From NCBI GenBank assembly GCA_049968235.1, contig JBMFRC010000008.1:32001-96000 (forward strand): 64,000 nt of DNA, read 5' to 3'. The notes under the pieces were generated by a model. That model did no database searches, was not told the DNA's origin, and saw nothing but the letters and a program-made list of their open reading frames with translations. The stretch comes from Candidatus Hydrogenedens sp. (GTDB lineage Bacteria; Hydrogenedentota; Hydrogenedentia; Hydrogenedentales; Hydrogenedentaceae). Below, one piece after another: positions 58,624 through 64,000 of this stretch (positions are counted from its first letter, which is position 1; every line of letters begins with the position of its first letter). Position numbers and translations under genes: made by a program.

Positions 58624-59774
58624 ATAAAACAACAATACAAAAAAATATAAGCAAGAAAAAAATTGTTCTATTTACCTTTTTACCCCTCGCTATCTTACTT
58701 TTTAGCCTGGAACTGATAGCACGAATCATAGAGATATGGCTTCCTCCTATGGTGACAGATATCGGTTTAGGTTTTACAGAAGATTCCCGATTATTTATCC
58801 CTGACCCTTATGACAGCCGATATTTGATAACACATCCCAATAAGACTGTTGCTTTTCAAAATCAACGATTTCTAAAAAACAAACCATCAGGAACTTTACG
58901 CATATTTTTTCTCGGAGGTTCCTCTGTAAATTATGTTAACTACGAATTGCCAAATTTATCCGAACGATTGGAAGAAACACTTAAACCAAGATACAAAGAA
59001 GTCGAGATTATTAATTGTGGGGGACTTTCGTACGGGACACATCGACTTGTATTGATTGCTCGTGAGATTGTGAACTATAACCCTGACCTTGTAATGATAT
59101 ATTCCGGACATAATGAATTTGAAGAAATTGAACAATTACATTTAGCACGAGTGCAAATAACGAAATTACAACGGGTTTTGTTCTCCTCCGCAATGATGCG
59201 ATTTATTCGCGACCGAATCGCAACCTACCAGATATCCCAATTGGAAAAAGAGCATAATCGCAGAATGTTGGCTCAATCATTACCCGATGCAGGTAAAGGA
59301 TGGAATCATATTTTCACACCCCAGGAAATTGCAGAACGAATGGAAAAATACAAAAATAATCTCAACGAAATTATACAGTTATGTAAAGAGAAAAATATAA
59401 AAGTCGTTATTGCAACCGTTCCTTCAAACTATATAAAGCCCAATTTAATAGGGAAAACTGCAGAAGAATATGAACAAGTGTTGCAGTTAATTAAAGAAGA
59501 GAAATATAAAAAAGCGTATGAATTAGGTAGGAAAATTATTCGTGAAACTTCGCCACGACATCAATCTTCCGACCTTGAAAATAACATTGTGCGAGAACTC
59601 GCAGAGAAACATCATATTCCTCTGGCTGATGTTTTATCTGCAGTAGAGCGGGCAGAACCCCACCACATTCCCGGTGAAACTTTGTTTAATGACCATTGTC
59701 ACTTAAATCCAGAAGGCAATAGTATTATGATACATACATTTGAGGAAAAAATCTTACAGGTATTGGCAGAATAA
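58605..59774 (+). CDS. membrane-anchored SGNH/GDSL-family hydrolase (paralog P4)
   Basis: N-terminal TM helix. Block I (RIFFLGGSSVNY), II (NCGGLSYG), III (SGHNEFEE) and V (NDHCHLNPEGN). Overlaps P3 by 19 nt. Confidence 0.6.
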   Translation: MANQKMNKTTIQKNISKKKIVLFTFLPLAILLFSLELIARIIEIWLPPMVTDIGLGFTEDSRLFIPDPYDSRYLITHPNKTVAFQNQRFLKNKPSGTLRIFFLGGSSVNYVNYELPNLSERLEETLKPRYKEVEIINCGGLSYGTHRLVLIAREIVNYNPDLVMIYSGHNEFEEIEQLHLARVQITKLQRVLFSSAMMRFIRDRIATYQISQLEKEHNRRMLAQSLPDAGKGWNHIFTPQEIAERMEKYKNNLNEIIQLCKEKNIKVVIATVPSNYIKPNLIGKTAEEYEQVLQLIKEEKYKKAYELGRKIIRETSPRHQSSDLENNIVRELAEKHHIPLADVLSAVERAEPHHIPGETLFNDHCHLNPEGNSIMIHTFEEKILQVLAE

Positions 59775-59833
59775 CAAACGATTTTAACCACCATATACTT
59801 ACAAGCAGAAGTGATTGAATGACAAGAAACTTT

Positions 59834-61840
59834 TTATTGGGGGGTAAGTTTTAATAAAGCGACACCATGACGGGGAATAGATGTGGAGAAACCTTTTTGG
59901 TAAACTCCCAAATCCTTTTGTCTCCATAAATCCCTGACTTTTTGATTTTCTACCAGTCCCAATTCCTTCCATTGTACGGCTACATTTTGTTCAATCTCAT
60001 CCAGATTAAACAAACCTATAGCAGTGGAACCATCGAAAAGTGACTTTAACCATATTTCATAACATTTTTCTTTATTAATAATTATAGGATGTCCTTGAAT
60101 ACCCTTTGAATCCTGATTAATTTCGATAACTTCAGGATTACAGAGCACATTTTTTGTAAATTCATCCAATCGAGTCATATCTCCACTATAAAAAAGAGGA
60201 GAAGCCATAAGACACCATAAAGACATGTAAGAATATTGTTCACTAGGAGTTAGGGGGCAGGATTTAGGCTCACCCATCACACTGGCATCTCCGCTATAAC
60301 CGATGAGAATATAATCTGGGTCATTCCATGCACCGGGACCTGCATATTCCCAGTATCGAGCGTTTCTGCGTGCGACCTCATGATATTGTAATAACTCAAA
60401 ACCGAGGTCGCCCGCTGTTCGCCAGCAATTTCCACCCACTTCTTTACCCCATTTCCAGACCTGTCCCATACCATACTGACACAAGTTAAAGACAATATCG
60501 CGGTCTAATTTCTTTAAGATAACTCCCATTTCTCTATAAGGTTTCTTTAGATTCTCAATTTTTTTTGGGGATAGGATATCTGTATAAGAACACCAGTCAT
60601 ATTTCAAAAAATCGAAACCCCAGTCTGCAAATTGTTTGGCATCTTGTTCCTCATGTCCATAGGTTCCTGTAAAGCCAGCACAGGTTTTAGGTCCCGGTGA
60701 GGTATATATGCCTGCACGAAGCCCTTTAGAATGAATATATGCCGTTAATCCCTTCATATCAGGAAAGTATTTGTTGGGTAGAATATTCCCACTATCATCT
60801 CGTGCAGGACCGACACGCATCGGGTCACGATGATTTTCTGCATTTGCCCAGCAATCGTCAATACTTACATACTGGTAACCTACATCTGCCATACCGGATG
60901 AAACCATCAGGTCCGCAGATTGTTTCATTATATCCTCCGTAATTCTATCGTAATGTGTATACCAATGATTCCAGCCCATTGGGGGTGTTAATGCCAGTGT
61001 ATCTCCAACCACAATATTTAAATAATTCTGGTCGCTACCATATTGGTTTTGTGCCACGATTTTAACTGTATAGTTCTTCGGTTCACGACTTATAATAGTC
61101 CCATGTATAATTCCATCCGGGTCCACCGTTAATCCTTCAGGTAAACCTTCTAATTGAAACTGTATAGGTCTTTCTCCTGTACAGGGAATACGGAATATAA
61201 AAGGAGAGCCTGGTCGAACACCCGTAACACGCGGGCTATTTATTCTCGGAGAACGAGCGGGTGTCGGAGTAAGAATATAAGTTTCCTCTTCTGGTTTCAT
61301 TACAAGTTCTGGTTTTCTCTCTGTCATTATAAAAACCGCTTCTGCTATATCGACATGGTCATAAGAAATATCATCATAAGCATCATTAATAGAAATAGTG
61401 AAATAGGATATTCCCCGTAAATCAATAGAAACTTTTTCGGGTTCTTCTCCTCCTTTAAAAGTTCGCGTTGCATATAACAATTTGTTATCACCAAAAAATC
61501 GGGCGATTATAGACCCATTCCCTTCTGTTTCATCATCAACTCCTATAATGGCTTCAAATTTTGATGCATAACCATTGAGTTGAACATAGAAAACCACATT
61601 TGCATGTGTGCCAACACCACGATTATATATTGTTCCATGTAATTTTATCGGATTTCCCTGACAGGATAGATTTTTTTTAGGATGTTCTGCCCAGCCTTGT
61701 TTAACAATTTTCAAGTTCAGGTCATCTAAATATGTTATAGCCTCCTCGCAGTAACTATTCCATATACAAAAAAACGCAATACAAATTACAGAGATGAATA
61801 CAAATAGATGGAACTTGAAATTTGATGGAGCAAAAAACAT
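59834..61840 (-). CDS. secreted GH27 alpha-galactosidase with N-terminal NPCBM-like carbohydrate-binding domain
   Basis: GH27 blocks YQYVSIDDCW and FLKYDWC. N-terminal NPCBM-like segment (GVGTHANVVF...). Signal/anchor at the N-terminus. Confidence 0.85.
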   Translation of the reverse strand: MFFAPSNFKFHLFVFISVICIAFFCIWNSYCEEAITYLDDLNLKIVKQGWAEHPKKNLSCQGNPIKLHGTIYNRGVGTHANVVFYVQLNGYASKFEAIIGVDDETEGNGSIIARFFGDNKLLYATRTFKGGEEPEKVSIDLRGISYFTISINDAYDDISYDHVDIAEAVFIMTERKPELVMKPEEETYILTPTPARSPRINSPRVTGVRPGSPFIFRIPCTGERPIQFQLEGLPEGLTVDPDGIIHGTIISREPKNYTVKIVAQNQYGSDQNYLNIVVGDTLALTPPMGWNHWYTHYDRITEDIMKQSADLMVSSGMADVGYQYVSIDDCWANAENHRDPMRVGPARDDSGNILPNKYFPDMKGLTAYIHSKGLRAGIYTSPGPKTCAGFTGTYGHEEQDAKQFADWGFDFLKYDWCSYTDILSPKKIENLKKPYREMGVILKKLDRDIVFNLCQYGMGQVWKWGKEVGGNCWRTAGDLGFELLQYHEVARRNARYWEYAGPGAWNDPDYILIGYSGDASVMGEPKSCPLTPSEQYSYMSLWCLMASPLFYSGDMTRLDEFTKNVLCNPEVIEINQDSKGIQGHPIIINKEKCYEIWLKSLFDGSTAIGLFNLDEIEQNVAVQWKELGLVENQKVRDLWRQKDLGVYQKGFSTSIPRHGVALLKLTPQ

Positions 61841-61866
61841 CTAATTTTCCTTTTATCTAAAAATAT

Positions 61867-62343
61867 TTATTTCGAATTGTTCTTACATGAAGTTCCTGTA
61901 TGTCCAAAACCACCGGGTCCACGATTGGATGATGGTAGCGTAGGAACAGGTTCCCATTGCACACGTGATACAGGTGCAACAATCATTTGGGCTATACGGT
62001 CTCCCCGCTTAATATGGAAAGGTTCCTGTCCCCAGTTTATGAGGATAACACAGATTTCTCCCCGATAGTCAGAATCAATGGTTCCGGGTGAATTCGGCAT
62101 GCCAATACCATATTTAATCGATAGACCGCTTCTTGGACGTATTTGTGCTTCATATCCCGGAGGAAGTGCTATTCTAATACCTGTCGGAATTAATTTCCGC
62201 TCCCCCGGCATAAGAACAATTTCTTCTTTTATGACTGCATGGAGGTCCATTCCTGCTGATTCTTCTGTTTGATACTCGGGCAAAGAAATATCTTCCGTGC
62301 CGGGTTCACGATAGATTTTTACCTTAACAATATTCTCTGACAT
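61867..62343 (-). CDS. dut: dUTP diphosphatase
   Basis: All five dUTPase motifs are present ([36 protein letters not shown]). I chose the internal Met (MSENIV...) at 62343 as the start. The longer ORF reaching 62481 would overlap the GDPD gene. Confidence 0.88.
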   Translation of the reverse strand: MSENIVKVKIYREPGTEDISLPEYQTEESAGMDLHAVIKEEIVLMPGERKLIPTGIRIALPPGYEAQIRPRSGLSIKYGIGMPNSPGTIDSDYRGEICVILINWGQEPFHIKRGDRIAQMIVAPVSRVQWEPVPTLPSSNRGPGGFGHTGTSCKNNSK

Positions 62344-62417
62344 AGCAATACTTACTTTCGTTAAATGATTTTTTAACCGATTAATTTTAACATAAAAATT
62401 TTTTTCACATAGAAGTG

Positions 62418-63302
62418 TTAATTTTGTGTGCATTCGGATTCTAATTGAGCAATTCGGTCTGGATAATCCGATAATATCCAATCCACTTCCGAAAAAATAT
62501 ACTTTTTTATATCCTCAGATTTGTTTACCGTGAATACAAGGATTTGAATCCCCTTTTCTTTTATTTTTTTCATTTCTTCAGGGGTTATCTTAAAATTTTC
62601 TGCCATTTTTTCATTGATGGCTAACATTTGAGCAGGAGGTGTGTAATTTGACCAATTCTTACTTCGTAATGCAGACAAAAAACTAAGGGCATCAGAAACT
62701 GTAAAACAAGTTTTAATTTGAGGGTATTCTTTTCTTATTTTTTCAATTACTTGTGGATGAACCGATGCGAGATAAACTCTGTCCTGCATATTTCGACTGA
62801 TAATAGGTTCAACAATAGGTGCGAGGTCTTCTGTAAACGGTTTTATTTCAAACAAAAACATGTGCTCTGGAAATGCTTCCAATACTTCGTTCAGAGTTGG
62901 AACCGTAATTCCCTTACCACGAAATGGAAAAGTTTGCCCTCCATCATTAGAAAATCGGTATCCTGCATCTAACTCTTTAATTTCCTTCAAGGTTTTTTCT
63001 TTAACGGGACCCTGCCCATTGGTTGTACGGTCCACAGTAGTATCATGCATAAGAATAGCAACATTATCCGCTGTAATCTGAACATCTCCCTCTAACAAAA
63101 AATTCCTCCAACAAGAAACCGCTTGCTGATAAGCATAAAGAGTATTTTCAGGTAATAAAGCCTTACCCCCACGATGTGCAGCAACTTTTGTTTTACAGAA
63201 TTTATCCTGTGTAAGTTTTTCATCATTATTCCCAAAAGATACTATCGTATAAATACAAAGGAACAAAAGTGTTAAAAATAAAATAAGATGAGTTCTATTC
63301 AT
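62418..63302 (-). CDS. glycerophosphodiester phosphodiesterase (GDPD family)
   Basis: Signal peptide. VAAHRGG...PENT and [17 protein letters not shown] catalytic blocks. Confidence 0.85.
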   Translation of the reverse strand: MNRTHLILFLTLLFLCIYTIVSFGNNDEKLTQDKFCKTKVAAHRGGKALLPENTLYAYQQAVSCWRNFLLEGDVQITADNVAILMHDTTVDRTTNGQGPVKEKTLKEIKELDAGYRFSNDGGQTFPFRGKGITVPTLNEVLEAFPEHMFLFEIKPFTEDLAPIVEPIISRNMQDRVYLASVHPQVIEKIRKEYPQIKTCFTVSDALSFLSALRSKNWSNYTPPAQMLAINEKMAENFKITPEEMKKIKEKGIQILVFTVNKSEDIKKYIFSEVDWILSDYPDRIAQLESECTQN

Positions 63303-63410
63303 AATACAAAACCTCGTTTTTGATTATATTGACAAAAAAACCGTAAACTAAGTTTCATGATAAAATATATGTATACTAAGTGCAAATAACAAATTGGAAA
63401 GGAGTTTACT

Positions 63411-64000
63411 ATGGAACAGTGGTTCAGTAATCAGGTGGTAATTGTTACAGGTGCAGGAAGAGGGATTGGTTTTTCAACTGCTAAATTGTTCGCTCAATAT
63501 GGAGCCAGCGTGGTGATTAATGATTATGACGCAAACTGTGCCGATAATGCGGCTTGCGAACTCAAAAATGCAGGATACAAAGTATTGTCCGTTCCCGGAG
63601 ATGTAACCGACCCGCAATATCCAGACATGCTAATGAAAAAGACCGTAGAAACTTTTGGTAAGGTGAATGTAATTGTAAACAATGCGGGGTATACATGGGA
63701 TGGCATGATACATAAAATGAGTGATAAACAATACATGGCAATGTTAGAAATTCATAATGTTGCTCCCTTCCGTATCATACGAGCAGCTTCTCCTTATATG
63801 CGTGAAGTAGCCAAGCAAGAAAAAGCAGAAGGTAAAACACCAGAACCGAGAAGTATTGTCAATGTTTCTTCTCTTTCTGGCTTACATGGAAATACCGGGC
63901 AAGCCAATTATAGCACTGCTAAAAGCGGTATTGTGGGTTTAACAAAGACAGTAGCAAAGGAATGGGGACCATTTGGTATTCGTTGCAATGCAGTGGCGTT
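63411..64000 (+). CDS. SDR-family oxidoreductase (FabG-like), 3' end truncated by the window
   Basis: VVIVTGAGRGIG Rossmann motif. NAG and YSTAKSG (YxxxK) catalytic blocks. GGAG Shine-Dalgarno upstream. Not in the ORF track because it runs off the window. Confidence 0.8.
   Translation, partial: MEQWFSNQVVIVTGAGRGIGFSTAKLFAQYGASVVINDYDANCADNAACELKNAGYKVLSVPGDVTDPQYPDMLMKKTVETFGKVNVIVNNAGYTWDGMIHKMSDKQYMAMLEIHNVAPFRIIRAASPYMREVAKQEKAEGKTPEPRSIVNVSSLSGLHGNTGQANYSTAKSGIVGLTKTVAKEWGPFGIRCNAVA

Noticed and set aside
61867-62481. 204-aa ORF giving dUTPase a ~46-aa N-terminal extension
   Set aside because: The extension overlaps the 3' end of the GDPD gene on the same strand and has no dUTPase homology. 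The internal Met at 62343 gives a canonical ~158-aa Dut, so I annotated that start.
63524-63736. 70-aa minus-strand ORF near the window end
   Set aside because: It lies antisense within the clearly recognisable SDR-family gene (63411 onward) on the plus strand.
1-64000. Search for CRISPR arrays, integrases, transposases, phage structural genes or toxin–antitoxin pairs
   Set aside because: I saw no regularly spaced direct repeats, and no recombinase, transposase or phage-like ORFs among the six-frame translations. The tRNA-Ala is not flanked by an obvious island. No mobile element is called.

Overview
This is a gene-dense chromosomal segment with roughly 40% GC. It most likely comes from an uncultured Gram-negative (diderm) bacterium: it has a TolC/HlyD efflux system, a rhomboid protease, an AmiC-like amidase and flagella. 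I see no CRISPR array, integrase, transposase or prophage signature. Contents from left to right: holA; a secreted GH36 alpha-galactosidase-like hydrolase; an ald / methyltransferase-like / TIM-barrel operon; a pilT / PilS-like histidine kinase / PilR-like sigma54 response regulator / hypothetical operon; glgP; a Tat-signal isomerase-like protein; a four-gene NuoE-, NuoF-, NuoG-like plus Nfn(SudA/SudB)-like oxidoreductase operon; a rhomboid protease; a mannose-1-phosphate guanylyltransferase; an amidase with LysM; a tolC-hlyD-ABC2-ABC2 operon; a beta-propeller protein; a tandem LAB_N membrane protein; tRNA-Ala(GGC); a GH5 / acyl-CoA ligase / CocE-NonD hydrolase operon; a beta-helix protein; four tandem short flagellin genes plus flaG behind a sigma28-type promoter; and a roughly 13-kb cluster consisting of a DegT aminotransferase, two GT-C (PMT/ArnT-like) glycosyltransferase–TPR fusion proteins and four membrane-anchored SGNH hydrolase paralogs. 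The window ends with a GH27 alpha-galactosidase, dut, a glycerophosphodiesterase and a partial SDR gene. The best candidates for something new are the GT-C/TPR + SGNH + DegT envelope-glycan cluster next to the flagellin array, and the operon that couples a NuoEFG-type module to an Nfn/SudAB-type module through a fused NuoG–SudB subunit. All calls rest on motif recognition by eye; I ran no searches.
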